Positions 51,082 to 61,197 are shown, counted from the stretch's first letter. The stretch: DNA of 64,000 bases from an uncultured Desulfatitalea sp. (GCA_963668675.2 CAXXMB010000002.1:2528001-2592000); one strand, 5' to 3'. A program made the numbers and translations. The notes: generated by a model not told the origin, from the letters alone.

Positions 51082-51483
51082 TTAAAATCCAGATGCCACT
51101 TCCTGTGCCTCTATGATCGTTTTGCATCGGATGCAATAGGCGGCCACCGGTCTTGCTTTCAGGCGGAGAGGGTTTATCTCTTCTTCGCAGGCTTCGCAAA
51201 TTCCGAATGTGCCCTCTTCTATTTTGTCCAACGTTATTTTAATCTTGTTAATGAGACGGCTTTCACGCTCCCGAATGCGCAAGGTGTAGTTCCGGTCGAC
51301 ATCTATAACAGCGCGCTCGATGGGATCCGCAGATTGGGTGTTGTGCTGGAGCAAGAATCCGACGGTTCTTTCGGCAGAGTATAACAGATCGTTCAGTTGG
51401 TGGGTCAGCATCCGCTTGAATTCTGCTATATCTTCGGGCGTCAACGACGGTTCAGCACTTTGTGTTGATACGGGTCTCATCAT
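51082..51483 (-). CDS. DksA/TraR family C4 zinc-finger protein
   Basis: Coiled coil with DPIERA tip; RERE..LI.KI; CEAC...RL.ARP...CIRC. Confidence 0.88.
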   Translation of the reverse strand: MMRPVSTQSAEPSLTPEDIAEFKRMLTHQLNDLLYSAERTVGFLLQHNTQSADPIERAVIDVDRNYTLRIRERESRLINKIKITLDKIEEGTFGICEACEEEINPLRLKARPVAAYCIRCKTIIEAQEVASGF

Positions 51484-51544
51484 GAATCAATTCGCTCCTG
51501 CAGTTGCGGCACGAGTCGTTCACCATTGATACAGGTTCTAATGG

Positions 51545-51799
51545 CTATTCATCATCTATGACGCTGAATCGTTTTATGGTGATACGCCGCGTGGATTTTC
51601 TGTCCCGTTTTACGCTCCCTTTGGCTTCTATGCACTTTTGGACCAAGTCGATGAATTTATCTCCGTTTTCGATAAAATACTCCTCATCGTCGGTGGCACT
51701 TAGAGCAACTGCTGTAATTTGGTCATCCTCATCCCATTGTATTGGAGTGACGATACCTACCAGTGTTTCACCGTTTTGGTTCGACTTTTTTTTGGACAT
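51545..51799 (-). CDS. Small hypothetical beta-rich protein
   Basis: AGGAG SD; resembles the 44571 product but has no signal peptide. Confidence 0.7.
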   Translation of the reverse strand: MSKKKSNQNGETLVGIVTPIQWDEDDQITAVALSATDDEEYFIENGDKFIDLVQKCIEAKGSVKRDRKSTRRITIKRFSVIDDE

Positions 51800-51923
51800 A
51801 AACCACTCCTATGTCCCCGCTTCAATAGTTGTCTCTGGAATCAGAGTGCTTAATGGGCCTGCGAATCAAACCCGTTTTCATTCAGTAAGCTGTCTGGCAT
51901 TGCTTTTTTGTCCCATTGCGAAG

Positions 51924-51940
51924 AGCAACAGCCGTGCCAT
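51924..51940 (-). promoter_or_regulatory. Sigma54 promoter
   Basis: Minus strand aTGGCACGgctgTTGCT, a near-perfect -24/-12 consensus. Confidence 0.8.
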
Positions 51941-52078
51941 ACTGAAATACTAAATTTTTCAATGATTACAGTCATAAAAAATTGGCACGGCAATTAGAAA
52001 GAGGTCTCGATAGTTCGTTTTGGTATGCAATCATGCCTTTGACGGAGTAACCCATTGATGCGTAAGGGAATTTTGAGA

Positions 52079-52123
52079 AGAACTTGGAATTCCGATAACA
52101 AAAAAACCGGAACTGTCATTTCT
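52079..52123. promoter_or_regulatory. Pair of the same palindromic activator sites
   Basis: agaac-ttgga-attcc (52079) and ggaac-tgtca-tttct (52109); 30-bp offset, as at 44308/44338. Confidence 0.62.
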
Positions 52124-52230
52124 CTTTCTTGTGGGTGAGCTGTCGAAAGCATGGGCTCATATATCATCTCCGCTTTTTTGCCTATTTGATATCACAGCGA
52201 AAAGTCCTCATGAAAAATCCATAGAGGGTT

Positions 52231-52247
52231 TTGGCACAGTATGAGCA
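52231..52247 (+). promoter_or_regulatory. Possible sigma54 promoter for the speD operon
   Basis: tTGGCACagtatgaGCA = GG-N10-GC; weak -12 element. Confidence 0.4.
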
Positions 52248-52411
52248 TTAAGCGTCAATGGCCGTTCCGAGGAGAAAGTAGAAAAAGGGACAAGCTGAAA
52301 AAGCCTTGCATTTTTGAAGTTCATTAATTAAATGCAGCTCTGCTTTTCGAATTCGGCCGTCAATCGGCCATTTTATTAACTGCCATCCGTGTCGAAAGGG
52401 GGGCCCGATGA

Positions 52412-52909
52412 ATGAAAAGGGAAGCTATTGCCACACAGCCGGTGTTGCCCACTATAGGGCTTGCAACCTGTAATGCCGATTGGCCGAATCATCATGACGA
52501 TGCATCTTCGGCCGGCGTTTCCGCAGACCACTTTGTCGAACGGGACGGAACCGTTTTTGCCGGAACACACCTCATACTGGACTTGTGGGGAGCCAAAAAT
52601 CTCGACAACTTAAAGGTGGTTGAGCGCGCATTGCGTGAAAGCGTGGATCGCTGCAACGCAACGCTGCTGCACATCCATCTGCACCATTTTACGCCCAATG
52701 GCGGTATCTCTGGTGTAGCCGTATTGGCCGAATCCCATATAAGCGTACACACCTGGCCGGAGCGTGATTTCGCCGCGTTTGATATCTTCATGTGCGGTGA
52801 AGCGAAACCCGAAGAGGCGATTTGCGTGCTAAAAAGAGCATTTTGTCCGAAGGTCATGAATATCAGGGAAAACCTGAGAGGAGTGGTCGATCATGCCCAG
52901 GTTCAGTGA
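52412..52909 (+). CDS. speD: S-adenosylmethionine decarboxylase proenzyme
   Basis: GTHLILD, LAE|SHISVHTWPE autocleavage motif, DIFMCG. Confidence 0.93.
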   Translation: MKREAIATQPVLPTIGLATCNADWPNHHDDASSAGVSADHFVERDGTVFAGTHLILDLWGAKNLDNLKVVERALRESVDRCNATLLHIHLHHFTPNGGISGVAVLAESHISVHTWPERDFAAFDIFMCGEAKPEEAICVLKRAFCPKVMNIRENLRGVVDHAQVQ

Positions 52910-53741
52910 GACATTATACGATGCATACGGGCAGGAGTTCCGCATCGACGAGATGCTTTTTGAGATCAAAAGCGATCACCAGCATATCGTCATTTTTCAC
53001 AACGCCGCATTCGGCCGGGTACTGGCCTTGGACGGTGTGGTCCAGACCACGGAAAGAGATGAGTTCATCTACCATGAAATGATGACCCATTTGCCCATTC
53101 TGGCTCACGGCAATGCCGAGCGGATTCTGGTCATCGGTGGCGGAGACGGCGGCATCCTGCGCGAGGTGACCCGGCACGCAAACATCCAACATATCACCCA
53201 GGTTGAAATCGACCAGGCGGTTATTGACTTATGTCGCGAGCATCTGCCCAACCACTCCAACGGCGCCTATGATGACCCCCGTGTACGGATTGTTATCGAC
53301 GACGGTCTAGGATGGGTGAGCAACACCCCTGAGAAGTATGATGTCATCATCTGCGATAGTACCGACCCCATCGGACCTGGCGAAGTACTTTTCCAGAAGC
53401 CGTTTTATGCCGCCTGCAAAAAGAGCTTGACCCAGGGCGGCCTCCTGGTCAGTCAAAACGGGGTGGCTTTTATGCAACTGGAAGAAGTTAAACAGACAGC
53501 CCGCAGGATTGCCGGATTGTTTGCCGATTGGCATTTTTATTCGGCGGCAGTGCCGACATACGTTGGCGGCATCATGACCTTTGCCTGGGCCACTGATAAT
53601 CTGTCCATGCGCCAGACCGACATCGATACGATTAAAGCGCGGTTTTCGGCCTCGGGAGTATCAACCCGATATTATACACCCGAGATTCATAAAGCGGCAT
53701 TCGCATTGCCCCAGTATATATTGTCAGCCATCGGGAAGTAA
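52893..53741 (+). CDS. speE: Polyamine aminopropyltransferase (spermidine synthase)
   Basis: LDGVVQ, DEFIYHE, IGGGDGG, VEID, DSTDP. Confidence 0.95.
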   Translation: MPRFSETLYDAYGQEFRIDEMLFEIKSDHQHIVIFHNAAFGRVLALDGVVQTTERDEFIYHEMMTHLPILAHGNAERILVIGGGDGGILREVTRHANIQHITQVEIDQAVIDLCREHLPNHSNGAYDDPRVRIVIDDGLGWVSNTPEKYDVIICDSTDPIGPGEVLFQKPFYAACKKSLTQGGLLVSQNGVAFMQLEEVKQTARRIAGLFADWHFYSAAVPTYVGGIMTFAWATDNLSMRQTDIDTIKARFSASGVSTRYYTPEIHKAAFALPQYILSAIGK

Positions 53742-53745
53742 AAAG

Positions 53746-54933
53746 ATGAATACCCTTCATTTTTCATCCTACGAAAAGGGCGCATTATACCGGGAACTGG
53801 TGAAGACCCATGGTTCACCATTGCTCCTGTTTGATGCAGATACGGTCAGAAGCCAATATCGAGATCTGGCCCTCGCCTTGCCGGGCGTTTCGTTTTACTA
53901 CGCAATTAAATCGTTGCCCCTCCCGGCCATGTTGTCTCAGCTTGACGGCATGGGGGCATGCTTCGATGTGGCCTCTACCGGCGAGATTGAGTTGATTCGC
54001 CAGTTGAATATTTCAGGCCGGCGCACACTTCACTCCCATCCCATCAAACGGGACAGTGACATCCGGGATGCCCTGCGGTACGGTTGTACGACGTTTGTCG
54101 TCGATAACACAGACGAACTGTTGAAGTTTCTGCCCTACAAACACCGTGTGGGCCTTTTAATACGCCTCAGTTTCCGCAGTGGAGCGGCCGTGGTGGATCT
54201 GTCCAAAAAATTCGGGTGCTCGGTGGAAGAGGCTGCGGATATCATCACCCTGGCAGCCCGTCTGGGCATCCATATCAAGGGCCTCTGTTTTCATGTGGGC
54301 AGCCAATGCAGCGATGCCAGCCGACAGGTTGATGCCATTCACGCCTGTGCCGAGCTGATTCGCCGGCACCATGACACCGGCGCGGCGCCCATGAGCACCC
54401 TGGACATCGGCGGCGGATTTCCCATCGCCTACGACGGCGGTAATGTGGACATTCACGGCTACTGTGCGCCCATCCGTCAGGCTTTGAAAACCCTGCCCAC
54501 CCATGTGAGCGTCATTGCCGAACCGGGGCGCTTTTTCTCAGGTCCGGCCATGACCTGCGTGAGCACCATCGTCGGTAAAGCCATGCGATCGGGTATGCAA
54601 TGGTACTATCTGGATGATGGCGTCTACGGATCTTTCAGTGGCCAGATTTACGACCATGCACGTTATCCGCTCGAGATTTTTTCTGACAATAGCCGCAGGT
54701 TTCCCAGCGTTATCGCAGGGCCGACCTGCGACAGTATCGATCTGATTGCCGAAGATGTCCCACTTCCCCTCCTTCAGATCGGCGACCTGCTGATCGGTCA
54801 TATGATGGGTGCTTACACATCAGCAACGGCGACCCGATTCAACCTTCTAAAGCAAGCGAAGGTTATTCTGCTGGAGCGTGGCAAACCTGCCGCTCTGCCT
54901 GTCATGCATGTGGATTCTGTCGTCGGAAATTAG
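53746..54933 (+). CDS. Fold-type III PLP ornithine/lysine decarboxylase
   Basis: YAIKS, FDVAS.GE, KFG, HVGSQ, DIGGGF, EPGR, GPTCDS. Confidence 0.92.
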   Translation: MNTLHFSSYEKGALYRELVKTHGSPLLLFDADTVRSQYRDLALALPGVSFYYAIKSLPLPAMLSQLDGMGACFDVASTGEIELIRQLNISGRRTLHSHPIKRDSDIRDALRYGCTTFVVDNTDELLKFLPYKHRVGLLIRLSFRSGAAVVDLSKKFGCSVEEAADIITLAARLGIHIKGLCFHVGSQCSDASRQVDAIHACAELIRRHHDTGAAPMSTLDIGGGFPIAYDGGNVDIHGYCAPIRQALKTLPTHVSVIAEPGRFFSGPAMTCVSTIVGKAMRSGMQWYYLDDGVYGSFSGQIYDHARYPLEIFSDNSRRFPSVIAGPTCDSIDLIAEDVPLPLLQIGDLLIGHMMGAYTSATATRFNLLKQAKVILLERGKPAALPVMHVDSVVGN

Positions 54934-55202
54934 GCGGCTGCCAGTTAGAGGTCTGATCGGCTCCCAAAAAACACTGTTTTTCGTTTTAACACGATAAGGA
55001 CAGGTGCGTCTGCTCGCGTTCGAAATTCATAGTTTTTCAAAAATGTTTCACAGACGGAATTTCAAGACGCTGGCAAGGTTCACGATATGGTGGTACGAAG
55101 TAATCCGAATCCTCTGTCGGCAGCCGGCGCTTTTCCGGGCATTCGAAGTGCCCATCCGACATGTTGGCGGACCGGGCAACCATCATAAAAAAGGACGGCG
55201 AC

Positions 55203-56153
55203 ATGCACGGCACCAATGAGGCTATCGGGGACCCCACCTATCGAAAGATTGAAAAGAACATCCAAAAGGTGATGCATGGGCAGGACAACGCCATCCGTTT
55301 GGTGATGGCCGGTTTTGCCGGCGGCGGCCACGTCCTGTTGGAGGACAACCCGGGCACTGGAAAAACAACCCTGGCCAAAACCCTGGCCCTCTCCATCGAT
55401 GCACCCTTCAAGCGCATCCAATTTACACCCGATCTGCTGCCGTCCGACATCACAGGCGTCTCCATCTTTGATGCCAAAGCGCGACTCTTCCGACTGCACA
55501 AAGGCCCCATCTTCACCCAGATCCTGCTGGCCGACGAGATCAACCGCGCCTCACCGCGAACCCAGTCGGCCCTGCTCGAAGCCATGGCCGAAAGACAGGT
55601 GAGCATCGACGGCCAATGGTATCAGTTGGACGACCTCTTCTTTGTCATCGCCACCCAGAATCCCATCGAGTCGCATGGCACCTATCCGTTGCCCGAATCG
55701 CAGATGGATCGCTTTACGCTTCAGACCAGCTTGGGGTATGTCTCCACCGAAGAAGAGACACGCATACTGACGTCACAAAGCCGCGGGCATCCCATCGATA
55801 GCGTTGACGCGTGTGTGACCCCGTCGGATGTCCTTTCGTTGAGGCGCCTGATCGACGACGTGCACATCAGCGACGAACTGAAGCACTATATCGTCGAGAT
55901 CGTCAACGCCACCCGGTCATTTCCCGGCGTACTGACGGGCGCAAGCCCAAGGGCCTCCATTGCCTTGATGAAAACCGCAAAGGCGGTGTCACTCTTTGAC
56001 GGGCTCGATTTTGTCACCCCTGACCACATCCAGGAGCTTGCCAGGCCCGTCATCGCCCATCGGCTCGTACTCGAACCCCAGGCCAGGTTTTCGGGAAAGA
56101 CCGCCGGCCGGGTGGTCGAAGAGATCGTGGAGACGATCCGTGTGCCGTCATAG
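55203..56153 (+). CDS. MoxR family AAA+ ATPase
   Basis: PGTGKT, RIQFTPDLLPSD, DEINRA, ATQNP. Confidence 0.95.
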   Translation: MHGTNEAIGDPTYRKIEKNIQKVMHGQDNAIRLVMAGFAGGGHVLLEDNPGTGKTTLAKTLALSIDAPFKRIQFTPDLLPSDITGVSIFDAKARLFRLHKGPIFTQILLADEINRASPRTQSALLEAMAERQVSIDGQWYQLDDLFFVIATQNPIESHGTYPLPESQMDRFTLQTSLGYVSTEEETRILTSQSRGHPIDSVDACVTPSDVLSLRRLIDDVHISDELKHYIVEIVNATRSFPGVLTGASPRASIALMKTAKAVSLFDGLDFVTPDHIQELARPVIAHRLVLEPQARFSGKTAGRVVEEIVETIRVPS

Positions 56154-56190
56154 CCCGAAGGGATGAAGACGGATGAAGGGGCGGGAGGCA

Positions 56191-57540
56191 ATGAAGCAGT
56201 TCCTGTACAAGAGCTACCGTTTTTTCTATCTCGCTGAACAGTGGCGCCGGCGACATCTCACCCTGCCCGGTCTGATCCTGGTCAACACGGTCGTCATTGT
56301 CGCCATCCTCGGCATGGACACCCACAAGAGCATGATCTATCAGGCCTTTACATGGGGGGCGGCCCTTTTGCTTCTCTCGTTCCTATGGACCAGGCGTCTC
56401 CGGCGGCTCTCGATCACGGCGATCCGGAAACTGCCCCCCTATGCGATGGTCGGCCACGAGCTTGTCTACCGTATCACGATCGAAAACCGTTCCGGTAAAC
56501 ACCAGGCCGGCCTGAGCCTCTATGAAAACACAACCGACCCGCGCCCCGCGCTGGAAGAGCTCATGCGGGCCAGAGAACCAGGCGAAGCGGCGCGCAACAT
56601 CTGGGATCGAAAAATACTCTATTATCGATGGCTGTGGCTCATCGACCGCAACCGCAACATCGATGACCGGCCCCACGCCATTGCCCATCTTGCGCAAAAC
56701 GGCAGGGCCGAAACGCAAGTCGCGGTGACCCCCAAAAGGCGCGGCTATATCTACTTTACCGGTATCGATATCGCCCGCTCAGATCCCTTGGGCCTGTTCA
56801 ACACCCTGTTCACGGTTCCGGTCCGACAAAAGGTGCTCGTTTTGCCGAAGCAGTACCGGCTGCCCCCCATTCGTCTGCCGGGCGCCAGAAGATATCACTC
56901 GGGGAGCGTGAACCGTGCATCTTCCGTCGGCAACCAGGATGAATTCATCTCGCTGCGGGACTATCGCCCCGGCGATGCCATGCGCCATATTCACTGGCGC
57001 AGCACGGCCAAGCGAAACGAGCCGATCATAAAGGAGTATCAGGACGAATACTTCGTGCGCCATGCACTGATTCTCGACACCTTCAGCAATCAAACCTGCA
57101 GCGACACCTTTGAAGAGGCCGTATCCGTGGCCGCCTCTTTTGTGGGCAGCCTGCAAACGCAAGAGTCGTTCATGGACCTCCTCTTCGTAGGCGATCGCCC
57201 CTATCGCTTCTCTGCCGGCAGGGGCATCTCCTCGGCCAACAGCATGCTGGAGATACTGGCGGCGGTGCAGACTTGTACGGACAAAGCCTTTGACACCCTG
57301 GCACCGGTTCTATTCCAGCACGTCCATCTGTTCAGCAGTTGCATCTGCATCCTTTTGGGCTGGGACGACCGCCGGCAGGCATTGATCCGGGATCTCAGAG
57401 CGATGAAGATTCCCTTGTGGGCCATCGTCATCGTGGATGAAGATCGATCAACGCAGATCGACCCCGGTCCCATGCGGGATCAGCCGGACAACCTCTTTGC
57501 CCTGGAGGTCGGTCGGATCGAAGCGGGGATGGCCGGATGA
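56191..57540 (+). CDS. DUF58 domain protein
   Basis: RRG, DPLGL, LRDYRPGD..RHIHW, FEEAVSVAAS. Confidence 0.9.
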   Translation: MKQFLYKSYRFFYLAEQWRRRHLTLPGLILVNTVVIVAILGMDTHKSMIYQAFTWGAALLLLSFLWTRRLRRLSITAIRKLPPYAMVGHELVYRITIENRSGKHQAGLSLYENTTDPRPALEELMRAREPGEAARNIWDRKILYYRWLWLIDRNRNIDDRPHAIAHLAQNGRAETQVAVTPKRRGYIYFTGIDIARSDPLGLFNTLFTVPVRQKVLVLPKQYRLPPIRLPGARRYHSGSVNRASSVGNQDEFISLRDYRPGDAMRHIHWRSTAKRNEPIIKEYQDEYFVRHALILDTFSNQTCSDTFEEAVSVAASFVGSLQTQESFMDLLFVGDRPYRFSAGRGISSANSMLEILAAVQTCTDKAFDTLAPVLFQHVHLFSSCICILLGWDDRRQALIRDLRAMKIPLWAIVIVDEDRSTQIDPGPMRDQPDNLFALEVGRIEAGMAG

Positions 57541-59552
57541 GAAGGACGCCGCCATTCCTGACGAGCGCATGCATTCTGCTCTGGGGTGTTCAGAGCGGTT
57601 GGTTGATTCCGGCAGTGGCCATGGCCGCCGTCCTGGCGGGTTCCCGCTTCATAAAAACACGCTGGGTCTTCAGCAGCGCCCATATCGCCCGGGCATCGGA
57701 TCTTTGTGCCCTGCTTCTCGTATCGGTCGCCGCCATTGCCTTCCGCCAGGAGCCGAGCCGCTTGGTCCTCTCCATCGTTCCATGGCTGCCCCTCGTCCTC
57801 TACCCTTTGATCCTTGTGCAGCAATACAGTCAATCGGATCGGATCGATGCCGCCCAACTGTTCCTGCTGGTGCGAAGGAGAAAGGGCCGGCGACGGCCGA
57901 AACGGTTGCATGTCAATCTGTCCTACCCCTATGCCATTGTCTGTATCGTTTCAGCAGCCGGTGCCGGTGCAGCCAACCGCTGGTTCTTTTTCAGCCTGAT
58001 CGTGTTGACCGCCTGGGCTCTGTGGCCGTTGAGGACTCAACGATATGGGGTTACCGCCTGGATTGCCATCCTTCTGGTCGGCGGCGCGGTGGGCTATGCC
58101 GGCCATCGGGGATTGAACCGGCTGCAAACCCATATCACCGACCTGGCCATCGCCTTCTTCATGGAAGATAACGACCCGTCAATGCGCATCACCGCCATCG
58201 GCGAAGTGGGGCGGCTCAAACTGTCAGACCGCATTCAATTCAGGATATCGCCCGGAGGGAACGCCCGTTTCCCCATGCTTTTGCGCCAGGCCTGCTACAC
58301 GGCCTACGATCGTTCTACATGGTATGCGACACACTCCGGATTCGATCGCTTAATGCCCGATAACAACGCGGCCGCATCCTGGCAGTTGGATGACGAACCG
58401 GAGGCCTGCAGCACCATCCAAATGGCCATGTACATACCCCGGGGCAAAAGCCTGTTAAATTTGCCCGGCGGCGCATTCAGGCTGAGCCGTCTCGATGTCG
58501 CAACGGTGGAGCGCAACCCGTTGGGCGCCGTCATGGTCGACGCTAAAGCAGGCCTGACGAATTTTACCGCTGATTATGACCCGATCCAATTGCACAGCCG
58601 AGCGCCGGATGAAACCGATCTCTCCATTCCGAATGACGAAACGGCAACGATACAACAGATCACCGCCGCTCTAAACCTCCCCAACCGATCCGAAAGGGAG
58701 GCGGTTGCCAAGATCCGATCCTATTTCGCCGACCATTTCACCTACTCGCTGGACCTGGTTCGGCACGCACCGGATAAAACCGACCTGGCCGGCTTTCTGC
58801 GCGATACGCGTTCAGGCCACTGCGAATACTTTGCCACGGCAACCGTACTGCTGTTGCGTGCCGCAGGCATTCCGGCCAGATATGTATCGGGATTTATGGC
58901 CTGGGAGTACAGTGACCTGGAAAAGAGGGTCGTCGTCCGTCACAGCCACGCCCATGCCTGGGCCATGGCTTACCTATCTGAAGGGAGGGCTGACGGGCGG
59001 ACGGCCGGTCGATGGGTCAATATCGACACCACACCGCCCGATTGGACCGCCATAGAGGCCGAATCGGCATCCGATTTACTGATGATCTCGGATTTTTTTT
59101 CCTACCTGCGATTCAAATTTTCCACCTGGCGGCAGCAGGTCACGAAAAAGGAGATGATCATCTATCTGGTCATTGTGCTGTTCGTCTTGCTAACGATTTT
59201 TCTAAGAAGACTGGCCGGGGCAAAATCGGTCCGGCGCGTTCAACACGAAGGGAAAAGGGGGAGCAGTAAAAACACGACCTCCTTTCGAACTACCGATTTC
59301 AGCAAAATTGAACAGTGGCTCAATGGCAAGGGATTGAACAAAGGACCGGGCGAGACACTCTACGCATGGGTTAATCGATTGGAAAAGATTGCGCCGGCCA
59401 CCTTTGACTGGAACATGATCCAGCCTATTTTAGCCTTGCACTACCAGCATCGTTACAGTGCAGACGGTTTAAGTTCAGATGGCCGGGAGAAATTGTCCCG
59501 GGCCGTTGAAGCGGTTTTGGAACACAATAGGCGTCTAACGCAGAAGCAATAA
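57537..59552 (+). CDS. Membrane transglutaminase-like protein (TgpA-like)
   Basis: Multi-TM N-terminus; GHCEYFA, GIPARYVSG, HAHAW, DTTP triad. Confidence 0.9.
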   Translation: MRRTPPFLTSACILLWGVQSGWLIPAVAMAAVLAGSRFIKTRWVFSSAHIARASDLCALLLVSVAAIAFRQEPSRLVLSIVPWLPLVLYPLILVQQYSQSDRIDAAQLFLLVRRRKGRRRPKRLHVNLSYPYAIVCIVSAAGAGAANRWFFFSLIVLTAWALWPLRTQRYGVTAWIAILLVGGAVGYAGHRGLNRLQTHITDLAIAFFMEDNDPSMRITAIGEVGRLKLSDRIQFRISPGGNARFPMLLRQACYTAYDRSTWYATHSGFDRLMPDNNAAASWQLDDEPEACSTIQMAMYIPRGKSLLNLPGGAFRLSRLDVATVERNPLGAVMVDAKAGLTNFTADYDPIQLHSRAPDETDLSIPNDETATIQQITAALNLPNRSEREAVAKIRSYFADHFTYSLDLVRHAPDKTDLAGFLRDTRSGHCEYFATATVLLLRAAGIPARYVSGFMAWEYSDLEKRVVVRHSHAHAWAMAYLSEGRADGRTAGRWVNIDTTPPDWTAIEAESASDLLMISDFFSYLRFKFSTWRQQVTKKEMIIYLVIVLFVLLTIFLRRLAGAKSVRRVQHEGKRGSSKNTTSFRTTDFSKIEQWLNGKGLNKGPGETLYAWVNRLEKIAPATFDWNMIQPILALHYQHRYSADGLSSDGREKLSRAVEAVLEHNRRLTQKQ

Positions 59553-59567
59553 GACGCTAAACGCTTT

Positions 59568-60020
59568 TTACGCTATTCTTTTGGCATGCGCATAGATCAT
59601 ATCATTGGATGCACCTGCCCCACATTCCGCTTTAATCACAATGGTTTTTTCCAATGGTACGGTTATAATGCATAGGGCACTGGCCTCTTGTTTGTCCAAG
59701 GGGCGAAACGGGGAACCCGGCTCTGTGTGCAGGAAAAAATCACCTTGGACCACGCCACAGCTTGGGCATGTGTTCGCGTAATAGTACGATTCTATTGCCT
59801 TTGAATAAGCGTATTTAAACGAAGGGACACGGCTTTGTATAAAAGCCAATATCTCATTTGGCAATTTTAGTATGTTTGATAAGATGCAGATGTCGTGACT
59901 GTTTTCGTTTGTATTGGCAGCAAGTAGGGCAACCAGAGGAATTTTAGTTTCACATTGCCAGCACGGCCAGTCCGTAGTTAACAAATAGAGCGGTGGATTA
60001 ATTTTTAGCTTATTTGCCAT
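59568..60020 (-). CDS. Hypothetical zinc-binding protein
   Basis: CWQC and CPSC pairs; QGDFFLH.EP; GGAGG SD. Confidence 0.65.
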   Translation of the reverse strand: MANKLKINPPLYLLTTDWPCWQCETKIPLVALLAANTNENSHDICILSNILKLPNEILAFIQSRVPSFKYAYSKAIESYYYANTCPSCGVVQGDFFLHTEPGSPFRPLDKQEASALCIITVPLEKTIVIKAECGAGASNDMIYAHAKRIA

Positions 60021-60225
60021 TGAAACACCCTCCCTGGTTGAGGTCGTGTTACATGTATGTTTTCTGATCTTATAGCATTCCCCTTACGAAATGTTAGCTA
60101 AATCATAGTCTTCATATTACCCAAATTCGCTCATCAACCCAGTTCAAGTCAAATCATACTATAAACCGCTTGATCACAATAATGCCAGCACGATTCACAA
60201 AACAAAAAACCCGAAACGGCAACTG

Positions 60226-60277
60226 TGTCAACGGTCGTTTAAAACTGAGCCATTTTCGGTCGTGAGAATTGAGCCAC
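60226..60277. mobile_element. IS21-family terminal inverted repeat remnant
   Basis: TGTCAA end followed by two internal repeats cggtcgtttaaaactgagcca / cggtcgtgagaattgagcca; no istAB follows. Confidence 0.65.
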
Positions 60278-60358
60278 ACCTATTCATTTGCTAAATCTCA
60301 ATTGGCAAGTCAGTCCTCTTTTTCCCTCTCAAGCGATAACTGTTGGCCTTGATGTTGA

Positions 60359-60727
60359 TCACCGCACTATGGTGAAGCCACCTGTCGAGTATCGCGCATA
60401 CAATAATGGGGTCTTAGTAATTCGGCCCAATCGGAAAAGGCCTTTTTTGAAGTGATCACCGGTTTCGGAGTCTTGAACGTTGTTCCTTTCAACAGCGACC
60501 AGAACAATCGTTTTACATTCAGCCCCACGGCCACGTTTGCCGGACTTTTTGCCGCCGATGAAAAACTCATCGACTTCGACACGGTCAGATAGTTTTTCGC
60601 GACCATTGCGAATGGTGCAACGCCTCAATTTTTGGAGCCAGGTCCATGCTGTGTGGTAACTGCCGAGGCCGAGCAGTTCCTTTAGATTGACTGCATTGAC
60701 CCCAGCTGTACGAGTTGTAAACCACAG
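60359..60727 (-). pseudogene. IS1595-family transposase fragment
   Basis: WFTT..GVNAVNLKELLGLGSYHTAWTWLQKLRR...VEVDEFFIGG...GKRGRGA; truncated at both ends. Confidence 0.82.
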
Positions 60728-60870
60728 TTAATATAATTGATCATATATAACCAATGGCCAAATATAACCTCATTTATATGGCAGTAAGTGGCCGCCCCGG
60801 AAATGCCCTGCAAGCAAGTTTTGTTTAAGAATCAGAACAATGTGCGACATTATGCTAAGCATTGGAATGC

Positions 60871-60887
60871 CTGGCACGAAAATTGAG
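60871..60887 (+). promoter_or_regulatory. Putative sigma54 promoter (-12 variant TTGA)
   Basis: cTGGCACGaaaaTTGAg upstream of the CsbD-like gene. Confidence 0.5.
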
Positions 60888-61017
60888 TTAAAAGTAGTAA
60901 ACACCGGCACAAAAATTCACGTTGAATGCCGCTACGCATGCTGGGGTCCATGAGAAAGAAGGAAAAGGTAACAAAGGGATTATTTCAATCAAACCATAAA
61001 CTCACAGGAGAGATATC

Positions 61018-61197
61018 ATGAAATCAGGGACAAGGGACGAAGCAGAGGGAAAATTGCACCAGGCAAAGGGAAAGATCAAAGAAATCGTTGGAAAGGTCAG
61101 TAGGGATCCAGACCTGAAAGCAGCAGGAAAGGATGAAAATTTGGACGGTAAAGTTCAAGAAAAGGTCGGTCAGGTGAAAAAGATCGTTGGCAATTAG
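61018..61197 (+). CDS. CsbD family stress protein (59 aa, absent from ORF track)
   Basis: MKSGTRDEAEGKLHQAKGKIKEIVGKVSRDPDLKAAGKDENLDGKVQEKVGQVKKIVGN; AGGAG SD. Confidence 0.88.
   Translation: MKSGTRDEAEGKLHQAKGKIKEIVGKVSRDPDLKAAGKDENLDGKVQEKVGQVKKIVGN

Noticed and set aside
51982..51998. Plus-strand sigma54 promoter tTGGCACGgcaaTTAG
   Set aside because: The -12 GC is missing and no gene start lies close downstream
55203..59552. MoxR-DUF58-transglutaminase as a novel system
   Set aside because: A widely known conserved triad with nothing unusual seen here
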